From positions 846,650 through 910,649 of the forward strand of contig CAVXWP010000009.1 of assembly GCA_963765495.1 (NCBI GenBank): a stretch of DNA of 64,000 bases, given 5' to 3'. This stretch comes from Blastocatellia bacterium (GTDB lineage: Bacteria > Acidobacteriota > Blastocatellia > UBA7656). A program made the translations under genes and the position numbers. Below are positions 17,924 through 28,313 of the stretch, one piece after another (within the stretch, counting starts at the first letter, position 1; each line of letters begins with the position of its first letter). Under the pieces are notes generated by a model, which saw nothing but the letters and a program-made list of their open reading frames with translations, ran no database searches and was not told the DNA's origin.

Positions 17924-20050
17924 TTAGTCGCCAAAACCGGCTCTCTCCTCCTGCGCCTGCCCCTTCCCCTTGCTTCCCATCTGCACCAGCTTCCCTTCCA
18001 CCTTCGGCCCTACTCCCAACTGTACCAACTTCGCCTCCGGCTCCCCGCTCTCTTTCAATACGTGCTGCCGGTACAACTTCGCCATCCTCAAGTTCTCCGC
18101 TTCGCTCAACTTCGCTGCCCTCGCCCTCTGCTTCTCTTCCCTCGCCGTCTTCGCTATCCCTAACTCGTCCAGGTCGTGTTGCACTTCCCTCGTGATTATC
18201 TCTTCCTTCAACACCAGATTGTGCTCTACACTGTTTAACTCTACTGCTCTCCCTCCCGCAAATATCTCGTGCCTCCCGTACTCCTCATACCACTTCGTCA
18301 AACTCGCCGTCATGTGCATCTTCTCTACTATGTTCCTCCACCCTATCCCCGTGTTGTATGCGCAGAAACTTATCTCCCCTTCCTGCGTCGCATACGGGAT
18401 TATGCACCTCTCCGTCCGCCGAAAATCATAGTTGAACAAATCCTGAAACCACATCCCCGCTATGAACAGGAAGTTCCACCTGTCTGCTCTCCTCTTCTCT
18501 ATGTCTTCCTTCGTCCGGTCTCCTGAAACCTTCCCATAATTCTTCCCCGTCGCTCCCCACGTCTTGTCAAACTTCGTCAACAAATCCTTTAACTTGAAAT
18601 GCGTCGGCGACTGGTACGGGTCGTAGTTCTTCATCAAGGCCAGGGCCATCCCCACTATCGACAGCCACTTCCCTCTCCCAGCATCGTTGACCTTCATCAC
18701 ATCCTTCGCCAACTGCTCCCCGTCCAAAAACGCCGTCACTGGCACCGACTCCTTCGTCTCCTTGTCCACCATGATCGCCATACCTACTCCACAATTCGGA
18801 TGGCATCCACAACTCAACTGCCCCCAGTCCGCCTCTGGCCCGTGCACCAGATCCGACCAGTCTGAAAATGTGCTCATAAACGAGATCGGAAACCAGTCTC
18901 TCACTGGCTCTCCCAGCCCCGTCTGTTTCTTCACATCGTGCGCCAGGTGCGACAGCGTGTATCTCTGCGCCATTCTCCGCTCGTCCGTGATCGCCTCATC
19001 TCGCCCCGTGAACGAAACGGGCTGGAACGACAAAAACGAGGTCTTCTTTGGATTATCTAGCGCAAACTGGATTATCCGCCCCACCTGCTCGTTGTTTATC
19101 CCGTTTATGATCGTTGTCACTGGCACAATCTCCACTCCCGCGCTGTGGAGGTTCTCGATTGCTCGCAACTTCACATCAAAGAGGTTCCCGACTTTTCTGT
19201 GCTCGTTTGCAGCGTTGCCGATCCCATCGAATTGCAGATACGCATATCTCAGCCCCGCTTCTGCCGCTTGACGCGCAAACTCGGCGCTCTTTGCAAACTC
19301 TATCCCGTTTGTAGCCGCCTGCACGCTGTTGTAGCCAACCTTGCGTGAATACCTGACGGCATCCAAAAAGTAGGGCGAAAGCGTTGGCTCCCCGCCCGAA
19401 AACTGAACGCTCAACTGGCGGCGGGGCTTGATAGAAATCGCGTTGTCGAGCATGGTCTTGATGTCATCCCAGGTGAGTTCGTGAACAAAGCCAACCTGAT
19501 TGGCATCCATAAAACAGGGGTCGCACATCATGTTGCAGCGATTTGTGAGATCTATCGTAAGGACAGAGCCGCGCCCGTATTTTATGGTAGAAGAGCCGTG
19601 ATCGTGAAGGGTCTCGTCGTTGTGAGCGCGGATGTCAGAGCCAGGAAAGACCTGTTCAAGGTGTTTGAAGAAATCGGCGTCGATAGCCATGATGTCTTCG
19701 AAGTGGCCGTGTTTAGGGCAATCCTTGACCATGAGGATATTGCCGTCGCGTTCGATGATCTGGGCCTTGATTTCGCCGATGCGTTCATTTTTGAGGATAT
19801 CGACGGGAAGAATGCCGTCGAGGACCTGCTGGCGGATTTCGGGAACGCAGCGAGGGCAGAGGGAATCGGTAGTGCGAGGCCAGCCGAGAGGAGGCTTGAC
19901 CTTCTGATAGGATTTCAAGAGAGGCTTATCGCTCCAGGCAGGAGTGAAGGAGGGATTCTGTTTGATGCGATTGAATCTCTCGAACAGGGCCCAGGAGCCG
20001 CGAGCGGCCAAGGTCAATCCTTTTTCAACATACTTTATTGGCTTGTGCAT
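17924..20050 (-). CDS. Radical SAM enzyme, Tes/GDGT-MAS (MJ0619)-like
   Basis: N-terminal TDSLCPRC...KDCPKHG, CNMMCDPC, SGGEPT, YLQFDG, CHPNCG, C-terminal SFCAYN. Confidence 0.8.
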   Translation of the reverse strand: MHKPIKYVEKGLTLAARGSWALFERFNRIKQNPSFTPAWSDKPLLKSYQKVKPPLGWPRTTDSLCPRCVPEIRQQVLDGILPVDILKNERIGEIKAQIIERDGNILMVKDCPKHGHFEDIMAIDADFFKHLEQVFPGSDIRAHNDETLHDHGSSTIKYGRGSVLTIDLTNRCNMMCDPCFMDANQVGFVHELTWDDIKTMLDNAISIKPRRQLSVQFSGGEPTLSPYFLDAVRYSRKVGYNSVQAATNGIEFAKSAEFARQAAEAGLRYAYLQFDGIGNAANEHRKVGNLFDVKLRAIENLHSAGVEIVPVTTIINGINNEQVGRIIQFALDNPKKTSFLSFQPVSFTGRDEAITDERRMAQRYTLSHLAHDVKKQTGLGEPVRDWFPISFMSTFSDWSDLVHGPEADWGQLSCGCHPNCGVGMAIMVDKETKESVPVTAFLDGEQLAKDVMKVNDAGRGKWLSIVGMALALMKNYDPYQSPTHFKLKDLLTKFDKTWGATGKNYGKVSGDRTKEDIEKRRADRWNFLFIAGMWFQDLFNYDFRRTERCIIPYATQEGEISFCAYNTGIGWRNIVEKMHMTASLTKWYEEYGRHEIFAGGRAVELNSVEHNLVLKEEIITREVQHDLDELGIAKTAREEKQRARAAKLSEAENLRMAKLYRQHVLKESGEPEAKLVQLGVGPKVEGKLVQMGSKGKGQAQEERAGFGD

Positions 20051-20212
20051 AACTATCTCCTAGTAATGTGCGAAGCCTCAAAAACATATTTCCAACTTCG
20101 CTGTTGCTGTCAGAATTTAAGCACAGCGGATCAACCGGATAACCGCTTCCCGATTGCGCCAGTGCCTGGCAAATACGTTCGTCCCCGAATCGAAAAAAGC
20201 TCCGGCGAAAGC

Positions 20213-20494
20213 TCAAGCCAGATATTCGGCAAGCTCCCGCTCAAGTTCTTCCGGGCCGACCTGCTCACCCCGATTAAGCCGGTCCAGAGTGCGATCAATT
20301 ACGGCCTTCGCTTCATCCTTGTGGTCCTCACTCAAGAACCCATCGAGGAAATGATCCCCCGCGAGGGCGTGGTTGATCTCCGATTCCTTGTTGTGCTCGT
20401 CCAACTCCGTGAAGTAGACAACCTTGTATTTGCGGTTGTAGCTGGCTTCACGATAAACCTCAAACATTATCTTTTCCGAATTTCGCATACTCAA
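20213..20494 (-). CDS. Small acidic hypothetical protein
   Basis: Co-oriented ORF between plsA-like and tes-like genes. Confidence 0.7.
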   Translation of the reverse strand: MSMRNSEKIMFEVYREASYNRKYKVVYFTELDEHNKESEINHALAGDHFLDGFLSEDHKDEAKAVIDRTLDRLNRGEQVGPEELERELAEYLA

Positions 20495-20497
20495 AAC

Positions 20498-20591
20498 GTG
20501 ACCAGTGACGCGTGATTCGTGAAAAGGGAATCAACTGATGACGATTCGGGTCCCTGAAAATCACGCATCACGCGTCACTGGTCACGAATCA
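20498..20591. repeat. Heptamer-repeat inverted pair (NNCGTGA/TCACGNN)
   Basis: CGTGACCAGTGACGCGTGA ... TCACGCGTCACTGGTCACG. Confidence 0.75.
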
Positions 20592-20596
20592 CTTTC

Positions 20597-23500
20597 CTAG
20601 TCTCCCGAAGCGCCTATCTGATACTGTGGCACATTGCCTGAAAGCACGGGCAGCGAAATAATTGAACCTCGCCGCGAACTGGCTTTCTCTTCTGCCTCGG
20701 CCTGCAATCGCAGAAGACGCTCGAATTCGGCAAGCTTCTCTTCCAGCGTCCTTACCTTGCCTTTGTTCTTGATCATGTCTTCACGATAGCGCTTGAGGAA
20801 ATAACCTATCGTCTCGACTCTGATCTTGATAGAGCCGGTCGGTTTATTTTCGTCTATGTCCTTGAAGCAGAAGTAAGGCGTACCCGCATTCTGAACGGTC
20901 TCTTCGACCACGGTGTAAATCGGCGCGTCGTGGCCGCATTTGAACGACGAAAGCTCCAGCGCTACTAGATTCGGATGGCGCGCCGTGTATTTCGCGGCCC
21001 AGATCTTGCGGCTGGTGTTTTCCGAATAGGAATTCTTCCACGCATCCTGAATGTCCATCGGATGCTTGATTATTCCCGCCCGCACTTCGTCGCCAAACAA
21101 CCGCCACAGTATGTCGTCATCTATCGGCAGCGAGTCCATAGTAAAGACCGGGTATCCAAGCTTCTGGAACTCTTCAAGTATCTCGTGATTGATGCCCGGA
21201 TCGTTATGATAAGGACGACCAAGCATCACGACTCCAAGCCCGTCTTCGGCTTCGAGTTTTTCGAGCACCTCGCGGCCCGCGCCGCGCAGCGTCACATTAT
21301 AGAGAGTATCGAGCGCCTTGAATCCTTCTTCGATGGCCCGATGATTCTCCTCCTGCGTGAGACCTAGCAGGTCTTTGAATACTTCATACATCTGCTTTTC
21401 AAGCAGTGGCGGCTCATCGAGATTCAGAATCGGGTCAAGGTATCTGGTGCCCAATTGCGCAAACAGATCGCCCTCTTTGATGAATGCCGCCTTGACCGCT
21501 TCGGGCGTTGCCGTGACGGTAGGGCATGCGCGGCTGCCCTGCGTGTTGACAAGATCGGTGGGCAGAGCGTCTATCATCGGGAAGAAGATAAAATCGAGCG
21601 GCTTCTTTTTGTGATGAACCTGGAGCAGGTTGTGAACGTGCGGTATGCCCACCTTTGACGGGAAGCACGGATCGATGGCCCCGCGTTTCGCGCCTTCTTT
21701 GTAAAGCTGCTCGGTTGTGTAATCGGAATAAACCAGATTCTGCGGTTTGACTCCGAGGCTTTCAAAGTAAGCCGAAACAAACGGATTGATCGAATACTGA
21801 TTAAGAACGCGCGGAATGCCTATGCGCAGGGACTCGCGTTTCTTGAGCAATTCGTTGCGCTGTTTCTGCGACTTTGTGAAAGCATATTTATGAGCCGGGT
21901 CCGCCACCTTCTGCGGATTGTAGCTGCGCCATGCGGCTTTGGCCGCGATCTCGACAAAGTTCGGATTTGCGGACTTCATCGAATCGAGCCCCTTCTTGAT
22001 GACCCGCATATCGGCCACGTCTTCGACCAGCCCCTTCTCGCAAGAGTTGCCTACGATAAGGCGCTGCACGCCCGGCAGGATCGGAATCTTCGATTTGCGC
22101 GGCGGTTCGGTGCTCTCTTTATCCGACACCTTCACGTCAATAAAGGTGCGCAGACATTTGTTCTTGCAGAAGTAACACCTGGTGTCCTCATTGCGATGCG
22201 TGACATAGGTGATATCCTCGACGCTCTTCAATCCGATAAAGCTTGTCCGGCGACCGTTTTCCCAGAGTCTTACCGCTTCGATTGCAGCCCCAATCGCGCC
22301 CGATTCGCCGCAGTGCTCGTGGACTATGATTCGCGGCTGGATATCTTTGCCCTTAAAGCGCGACTCGATAAAATCAACCTGAGACTTGACCGCCGCGAGG
22401 TTGTGCTGAGTGCCGCCCTGCAAGACGAAGTTTGTACCGAGCGCGGCGATGTTTGGTATCTGCGAAACATAGAGCCAGATGTTTTTCGGAAGCACGGCGG
22501 CAAGACCCGCCATGATCTCTTCGGGCTTCCAGCCCTGTCGCTGAAAGTCAACAATGTCGGATTGCATAAAGACCGCGCATCCGTAACCGAACGTGGGCAT
22601 CGCCTGCGCGCTGAAGGCTATGTCGGCGTACTGCTCTACCTGCATGCCAAAACCTTCGGCCGTCGATTGCAGGAAGTAGCCGTTTCCAGCCGAGCATTGC
22701 GTGTTCAATTTGAAGTCTTTGACCTGACGATTCTTCAGGATTATCAGCTTGATGTCCTGTCCGCCCACGTCAACGATCACATCCACATCTTTGTAAAACT
22801 GCAAAGCGGATTCGGTATGCGCGACCGTCTCGACTAAAGCGACATCGGCGTTGAGCGTGTCTCTCAAAATGTCTTTTGCGTATCCGGTAGTGCCTACGCC
22901 GAGTACGTTGAGAGTTGCGCCCTGATCGGTTACCTGCTTTTCGAGTTTGCCGAAGACTTCCATGGTGTCTTCTATCGGGTTGCCTTTTGACAGTTGATAA
23001 GTCTTCACAAGAATCTTGCGGTCCTTATCGAGCAGCACGGCTTTCGTAGAAGTCGAGCCGCCGTCCAGACCTATGAAACCTTCAACGACCTGCCCCGGTT
23101 CAAAAGTGGCGGGCGTGAACTTCTTGCGCTTGTATCTCTCCTTGAATTCCAGCAGATCCTTTTCGTCTTCCGACAGTCCCTTTCCTCCGGCCTTCTTCTT
23201 CTCTTCGATGCGACCGTAGGTGATGTAATACTCAAGATCGGCAGTGCCGCGATAAACGCCTATACTATCGTCTTCGGACTTGCCGAATTCGACAGCGCCG
23301 AGTGCCGCGAAGTACTGCGCGTTTTCCGGCACTTTTATCAGGTCTTTCGGGTCAACCCCTTCGGGCAGCGGATAGTTGCGCTCTTCCCACACCTTCGGGA
23401 TATTGGACTTCCAGCCTTCGACCATGCCCCGGATGTATGTATTGGGACCGCCAAGCAGCAAAACGTGCGGGCGCAGGGTGTTGCCTCGCGTAAGCACGGC

Positions 23501-24133
23501 GAGGTTCTGGCCTATGATCGCTTCAAACAGCGAGGCCATAAGCTCAGAAGGCGGCACGCCCATTTTCTGAAGCGAGTTGATGTCGGTTTCGGCAAACACG
23601 CCGCACTTGCCCGCTACCGGATGGAGCTTTATATCGTAGTAGCCCATGTCGCAGAGCTTGTCGGGCGGGATGCGGAGTTTGGCGTTGATCTTATCGATGA
23701 CCGCGCCGGTTCCGCCCGCGCATTTGTCATTCATCGAAGGGATTTTTTTCTTCTTGCCGGTTTCCGGGTCTTCCTTGAATATGATGATCTTGGCGTCCTG
23801 ACCGCCAAGTTCGATGACCGAACCGGCTTCGGGGTAAAGTTTTTCGACCGCAAGCGATACGGCGTTGACCTCCTGCACAAACTTGGCCCCGATCATGGTC
23901 GCAACGTTTCCGCCTCCCGACCCTGTGATGAATATCCTCACGTTTTCTTTGGGAATCGGGAAATCGGCTTCGATGCGCTTGAGGAATTCCAGGCATTTTT
24001 CGGGCTGTTTGGTATCGTGACGCTGATAATCCTGCCATAGGATTTCGTCTTTTACGGGGTCTACAACTACCGCCTTGACGGTCGTCGAACCAACATCCAA
24101 ACCTATGTATAGTTTTTCGTAGTCTTGACTCAT
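20597..24133 (-). CDS. PlsA/Ger-like protein: two BadF/BcrA-type ATPase activator domains + DUF2229
   Basis: GLDVGSTT and GLDGGSTST, NDKCAGGTG, CGVFAE, NTQCSAGNG, CAVFMQSD, CYFCKNKC, SFKCGHD. Confidence 0.85.
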   Translation of the reverse strand: MSQDYEKLYIGLDVGSTTVKAVVVDPVKDEILWQDYQRHDTKQPEKCLEFLKRIEADFPIPKENVRIFITGSGGGNVATMIGAKFVQEVNAVSLAVEKLYPEAGSVIELGGQDAKIIIFKEDPETGKKKKIPSMNDKCAGGTGAVIDKINAKLRIPPDKLCDMGYYDIKLHPVAGKCGVFAETDINSLQKMGVPPSELMASLFEAIIGQNLAVLTRGNTLRPHVLLLGGPNTYIRGMVEGWKSNIPKVWEERNYPLPEGVDPKDLIKVPENAQYFAALGAVEFGKSEDDSIGVYRGTADLEYYITYGRIEEKKKAGGKGLSEDEKDLLEFKERYKRKKFTPATFEPGQVVEGFIGLDGGSTSTKAVLLDKDRKILVKTYQLSKGNPIEDTMEVFGKLEKQVTDQGATLNVLGVGTTGYAKDILRDTLNADVALVETVAHTESALQFYKDVDVIVDVGGQDIKLIILKNRQVKDFKLNTQCSAGNGYFLQSTAEGFGMQVEQYADIAFSAQAMPTFGYGCAVFMQSDIVDFQRQGWKPEEIMAGLAAVLPKNIWLYVSQIPNIAALGTNFVLQGGTQHNLAAVKSQVDFIESRFKGKDIQPRIIVHEHCGESGAIGAAIEAVRLWENGRRTSFIGLKSVEDITYVTHRNEDTRCYFCKNKCLRTFIDVKVSDKESTEPPRKSKIPILPGVQRLIVGNSCEKGLVEDVADMRVIKKGLDSMKSANPNFVEIAAKAAWRSYNPQKVADPAHKYAFTKSQKQRNELLKKRESLRIGIPRVLNQYSINPFVSAYFESLGVKPQNLVYSDYTTEQLYKEGAKRGAIDPCFPSKVGIPHVHNLLQVHHKKKPLDFIFFPMIDALPTDLVNTQGSRACPTVTATPEAVKAAFIKEGDLFAQLGTRYLDPILNLDEPPLLEKQMYEVFKDLLGLTQEENHRAIEEGFKALDTLYNVTLRGAGREVLEKLEAEDGLGVVMLGRPYHNDPGINHEILEEFQKLGYPVFTMDSLPIDDDILWRLFGDEVRAGIIKHPMDIQDAWKNSYSENTSRKIWAAKYTARHPNLVALELSSFKCGHDAPIYTVVEETVQNAGTPYFCFKDIDENKPTGSIKIRVETIGYFLKRYREDMIKNKGKVRTLEEKLAEFERLLRLQAEAEEKASSRRGSIISLPVLSGNVPQYQIGASGD

Positions 24134-24218
24134 CGTCTACTCCAACTCTTTCTTTTCGTCGTTCATTGGCCGGTGGCCAGTCGTTATTCACAACCGGCCA
24201 CCGAACACTGACCACTGC

Positions 24219-26021
24219 TTAATCGGCGGCGTAGCTGGATGCGCGTTTGCCTTTATCTTTCGCCATCAATTCGGAAACGTGCATGACAAAGTTGGCCGCC
24301 GAGCCGATCACACCCTTGTGGTGCGGCACATGGTAGAGGCCGCTTTGAAGCTCGGGGTGTTCATCAGCATAGGCGCGCACCTCGTCGAGCGTGAGGCCGG
24401 TCTGCTCAAGTATGCGGGCCATCTCCTGTTTGGCCTTCACCTTAGCTTCGCCCAGAGCCATCTGCACGCGGCTGTGCGCATTGATCTCGCCCTCGCCCGA
24501 TGTCTCGATTGGCAGGTAGATCATGTCTTTATACTGATTGACGACCGCCGATTGAGCGCCGTCTGATTGCGTGGAAGGCATACAGCCGAACGGCTTGAGC
24601 GACAGGACCATATGAGCGAGGTCTTTGTTGGAGTAGTAAATATTCTTTGCGACTTCGAGGTGTCCTTCGCCGCCCGCCGCCCGCGAATTGTAGTAAGGAT
24701 GAGCCGCTCGCTGAAGTTCGTACTGATCTACAAGCTCGTGCGGCAGGTTATTGAGCGCCTCGCGCAGGCGATTCCACTCGCGTTTGAATATCGCTTCGGC
24801 AAGCGTAAGCTGGGTTGTCGCCTTGCGGACCTTCATCTCGTTCTTGAGTCGCTTGTCGATTCTCCAGGCCGGCGGCATCGCTTCATCTTCGCTTACGCCC
24901 TTGCGGTCAACCTTCTGCTGCTTGGCCTGATGAATCAGGTACATAATCCACGTTCCGATTGGCTCGACTATGACCTGCGCGCCTTCGCGTTCGAGGAACT
25001 TGAACATGTTGAAGTTGCCGTCGCCTTCTGTGGTCTGAGCCCAGAATTCGCCCGTGACCTTGACGATGGGCTTGACGCGGGTGCGGTCTACCTTGACGGT
25101 TGCAAGCCGGTCGCCCACGGCCTTGAAGGCCGAGGTGTATTCATCGCCGAACAACTGGTCTACGAATTTGCCAATGTACTCGGCCGTGCCGCCGACCTTT
25201 GGCAGGTTCTTGAGGAAGCCGCCCGCTTTGCCCTCAAGCGTAAACGAACGATGCTTGCGATAGACTTCGCGCAGAAGTTCGAGCGACTCTTCCATAGCGG
25301 TGTTGGTATCGCCCTCGCTCAACTCGTAGGGTCGGATTTGATAGCAGGCATCGCCGATCAGATCGCCCATGTTCAGCGCGTTCAGGATCGCGAGGAAGAA
25401 GTCTACGTTTAGCTCAAGCCCGGCTTCGGCCTCGGCCTGATTCAATCCGCCGGATTGCTGAAACAGCATTACGCGGAATCCCTCGAAGCCGGAATTGCGA
25501 AGCGCCAGCCGGTATTCGCTCTCATACATCCCAAAGCGGCACGGACCGCAAGCGCCCGCCGTGAAGAAGACATAGTTGTCTATAATATCCTGGCGAGACA
25601 GGCCCTGCTGTTCGAGCGATTGAAGATACTGCACAAGATTTCCGACCGTGAAATAGGTGGGATTGCACTGGCCGTTGTTGCCGTATTCTTTGCCCAACTG
25701 GAAAGCAGCTACGTTGGGAGTGGGCAGATACTGACATTTGTAGCCGAGCCCTTCGAGCGCACCCTGTATCAATCGCTCGTGCCTCCAGGTCAATCCGCCG
25801 AACAGGAGCGTCGTATAGGCTCGTTGCTCCTTCGTAAAAGTGCGCTCGACCGGCTTTGCGAAGTGTTCAACGCTCTTTTCCTCGATGCCCAGTTCCTGCA
25901 AAAGTCTCAATCTCTCCTGTGCCAGCTTCTTTTGAATCGTTTCTTCTTTGGACGAGATTTGAACCAGTGATTGCAAAGACTCCGGCTGCGCGCCAGACTG
26001 CCTTTCCGTACTTGCGCTCAT
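24219..26021 (-). CDS. PlsR-like 2-hydroxyacyl-CoA dehydratase family protein
   Basis: GKEYGNNGQCNP, GACGPCRFG, KPFGCMP. Confidence 0.8.
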   Translation of the reverse strand: MSASTERQSGAQPESLQSLVQISSKEETIQKKLAQERLRLLQELGIEEKSVEHFAKPVERTFTKEQRAYTTLLFGGLTWRHERLIQGALEGLGYKCQYLPTPNVAAFQLGKEYGNNGQCNPTYFTVGNLVQYLQSLEQQGLSRQDIIDNYVFFTAGACGPCRFGMYESEYRLALRNSGFEGFRVMLFQQSGGLNQAEAEAGLELNVDFFLAILNALNMGDLIGDACYQIRPYELSEGDTNTAMEESLELLREVYRKHRSFTLEGKAGGFLKNLPKVGGTAEYIGKFVDQLFGDEYTSAFKAVGDRLATVKVDRTRVKPIVKVTGEFWAQTTEGDGNFNMFKFLEREGAQVIVEPIGTWIMYLIHQAKQQKVDRKGVSEDEAMPPAWRIDKRLKNEMKVRKATTQLTLAEAIFKREWNRLREALNNLPHELVDQYELQRAAHPYYNSRAAGGEGHLEVAKNIYYSNKDLAHMVLSLKPFGCMPSTQSDGAQSAVVNQYKDMIYLPIETSGEGEINAHSRVQMALGEAKVKAKQEMARILEQTGLTLDEVRAYADEHPELQSGLYHVPHHKGVIGSAANFVMHVSELMAKDKGKRASSYAAD

Positions 26022-26783
26022 AGATTTCCTCCTTAACTTTCTAGGTGCCTTTCCTTAGCAATTAAAAAAACGTCTGCCAGTGTGATTTGGAGAGTGGCTA
26101 TTACGAACGGCTCCGGCCAGCTCAATTGATGAGCGGTCGCGCTGCCAATGATTGCCGGACCCCCTGTCATATTCTTCTTGCTATCGTTTCTTACCATTCG
26201 CCGATCATACTAATCAGGCTTTGGGACGAACATTACTGCAAATAGCGTCCGTCAGGTGAAATGCTTGCGAATTATACAGATGTGAGAAAAAAATCCGTCG
26301 GTTTACAGTGGCAAGTTGCGCGCCACAATTCCTAAGAGAATATTCCTGTTGCCGACGATCATCCCTGAAAGGCGTTTCTCTAATTATTACTGCAATTAGC
26401 CATCTGCAAAAGAGATTCACAAATAAAACGCCTGACCCGATCAGGGAACGCTGTGCCTCCAAATGACCCATGCGCTTTTAGAGCCCTCTTGAAGGCGTCA
26501 GTTTGACCCGACATCCTTTTAAGGTCTTTCGTGGCCTTAAAGCGGCGTGTCCTATTGACTCATAGCAAGCAATTACAGCATTTACGAGCTGCCAATTGGC
26601 TTTCGGCAACAGGCCAATAGAATCCAAAAACCCTGAATTACGTCTGATACGTGATGCGTGATATGTGATTTAGCAAGCCTTCAAGTCCGCTTAAATCTGC
26701 GGCCCCTCCGGCGGTCACGCATCAAGAATCACGCATCCGAGGCAGCCGTTTCCTCTACCGAGCAACCCCTTGTTCATCGATAT

Positions 26784-27506
26784 TTAACGGCCAAACCGAT
26801 GCGCGTCCTGGCTGGCATAGGCGGCAACCGCCGTATCGGCTACTGCGGTGGTCTTGAGCGACTCAACCACTTCGGCCAGTCTTCCGGCAGGTATGGCGCA
26901 GGTCATTTCGGAATTCGCCATTCCCGTGCGGACGCGGCTGAGCATGCAGCCTACACTGACGGCTATCTGATTTTGCTCCTTTGCCATTGGGATGATGTGG
27001 CACTGCGGTTTGCCTTCGAAGCGCAACCCCGGCACGGCATCCGAAAGCACCATAGCCTGTTTGGCGTTAAGGCGCAGAAAGACTACATCCGGGTCAAGCC
27101 CGGCCTCTTCGAGCGGGCCGTAAGTAATGAAATTCGGGCGGTCGCTTACGGTTGGGATTTGCGGAACCACATCCATAGTCACCCACCCGGATTCGAGTAG
27201 CGCGGCCACATCGGAATTGCCCGCGACCTCTTCGAGCGTCTTGAGACCGTGAGTGAGGCTTCCGACGCTGCAATTGCCGTGGTCTTCCGGCTCGGTTGTA
27301 AAGGTCTTATTTGCGGCTTCGACCCAGAATACGCAACCCGCTGGCACTTTTCCGGTGCGCCCGTCCGGGCCGGGGTCAGGCACGGGGCCCTCGAAGCGCG
27401 GCACACCCTGTGGCGCGTCTTTAGAAAATGTGATCGCAAGCGGCGGCGATTGCAGTTTCAAAAGCGAATTAAGCTCTGAGGCCAGTTCATTCCAATTCTT
27501 GCTCAT
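26784..27506 (-). CDS. DUF169 family protein
   Basis: PAGCVFW, HGNCSVG, YGPL, PDVV, KPQC, SVGCMLSRVRTG. Confidence 0.75.
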   Translation of the reverse strand: MSKNWNELASELNSLLKLQSPPLAITFSKDAPQGVPRFEGPVPDPGPDGRTGKVPAGCVFWVEAANKTFTTEPEDHGNCSVGSLTHGLKTLEEVAGNSDVAALLESGWVTMDVVPQIPTVSDRPNFITYGPLEEAGLDPDVVFLRLNAKQAMVLSDAVPGLRFEGKPQCHIIPMAKEQNQIAVSVGCMLSRVRTGMANSEMTCAIPAGRLAEVVESLKTTAVADTAVAAYASQDAHRFGR

Positions 27507-27678
27507 AATTTCAACAATTCTCTCCAGATTAAAATAGCCCGTGAATTCGTGTGGCTTATAACCAGCAGATACTATCACGCAAAGGCAGGGGTTTCACAAT
27601 CGAGTTGACAGCAAATTCTCAAAAAGAAAAGAATCCATCTCGTTTATCGCCCATTGATTGCAACGAAAGGAGCACAGA

Positions 27679-28107
27679 ATGAGAGACATTCACCGGGAAA
27701 TAGAAGAGATTGTAAATCGCGAGACACGGGCGTGGGACACTCAGGATGTGGATTTATTGATGACTGTTTTTCATCCAGACATGGTCTGGCCGTGGCCGAG
27801 GACTCCAAAATCGCACGACCCTCTGGACTGGGTCATCGTATGGGGGCGGTACGATTACGACAGATGGCGGCAGGGGTGGCAGCAATTATTTGATACACAC
27901 AGACTGGTTCACAACAGGCGAGAGATCAAAAAGATCGAAGTTTCGAAAGAAGGCGACGGCGCATTTGCCGTGGTTGATATAGATACGCTCTGGCGCGACC
28001 GGGAAGGCAACGCCAACCACTGGAAAGGTCGCGTGTGCAAGGTATATTCAAGAGTCGGTGATGAATGGAAGATGACCATGCACACAGGGGTGCTCGATTA
28101 TTCGTGA
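27679..28107 (+). CDS. NTF2/SnoaL-like protein
   Basis: AWDTQDVDLL, GAFAVVDIDTLW, WKMTMH; RBS AGGAG. Confidence 0.75.
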   Translation: MRDIHREIEEIVNRETRAWDTQDVDLLMTVFHPDMVWPWPRTPKSHDPLDWVIVWGRYDYDRWRQGWQQLFDTHRLVHNRREIKKIEVSKEGDGAFAVVDIDTLWRDREGNANHWKGRVCKVYSRVGDEWKMTMHTGVLDYS

Positions 28108-28120
28108 GGCCATAACAAGG

Positions 28121-28252
28121 GTTTTGAGTTTTGAGTTTTGAGTTTTGAGTTTTGAGTTTTGGGATTGAGATTTAATAGCTCAGATACTTTAGTGGAACCT
28201 GCCAAGTGTCTAAAACTCAAAATTCAAAATTCAAAATTCAAAACTTAAAGCT
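28121..28252. repeat. Heptamer-repeat inverted pair (GTTTTGA)5+ / (TCAAAAY)n
   Basis: Direct reading of tandem heptamers on both arms. Confidence 0.9.
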
Positions 28253-28313
28253 CATGCTTTTCTCATCGCTCATCATCTTGCATTAGCTCAGGCGTGTAAT
28301 TAGACTGCCCGTC

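Noticed and set aside
17761-19271. Pro/Ser-rich plus-strand ORFs
   Set aside because: By-products of the C-rich strand opposite the radical SAM gene
21890-25970. Several long plus-strand ORFs
   Set aside because: Antisense shadows of the plsA/plsR-like genes
26022-26780. Long region upstream of plsR-like as a riboswitch or FNR/Rex-controlled leader
   Set aside because: No convincing riboswitch, TTGAT-N4-ATCAA or Rex box found by eye
28121-28252. Repeats as a CRISPR array
   Set aside because: Short tandem heptamers without unique spacers; no cas genes in the window
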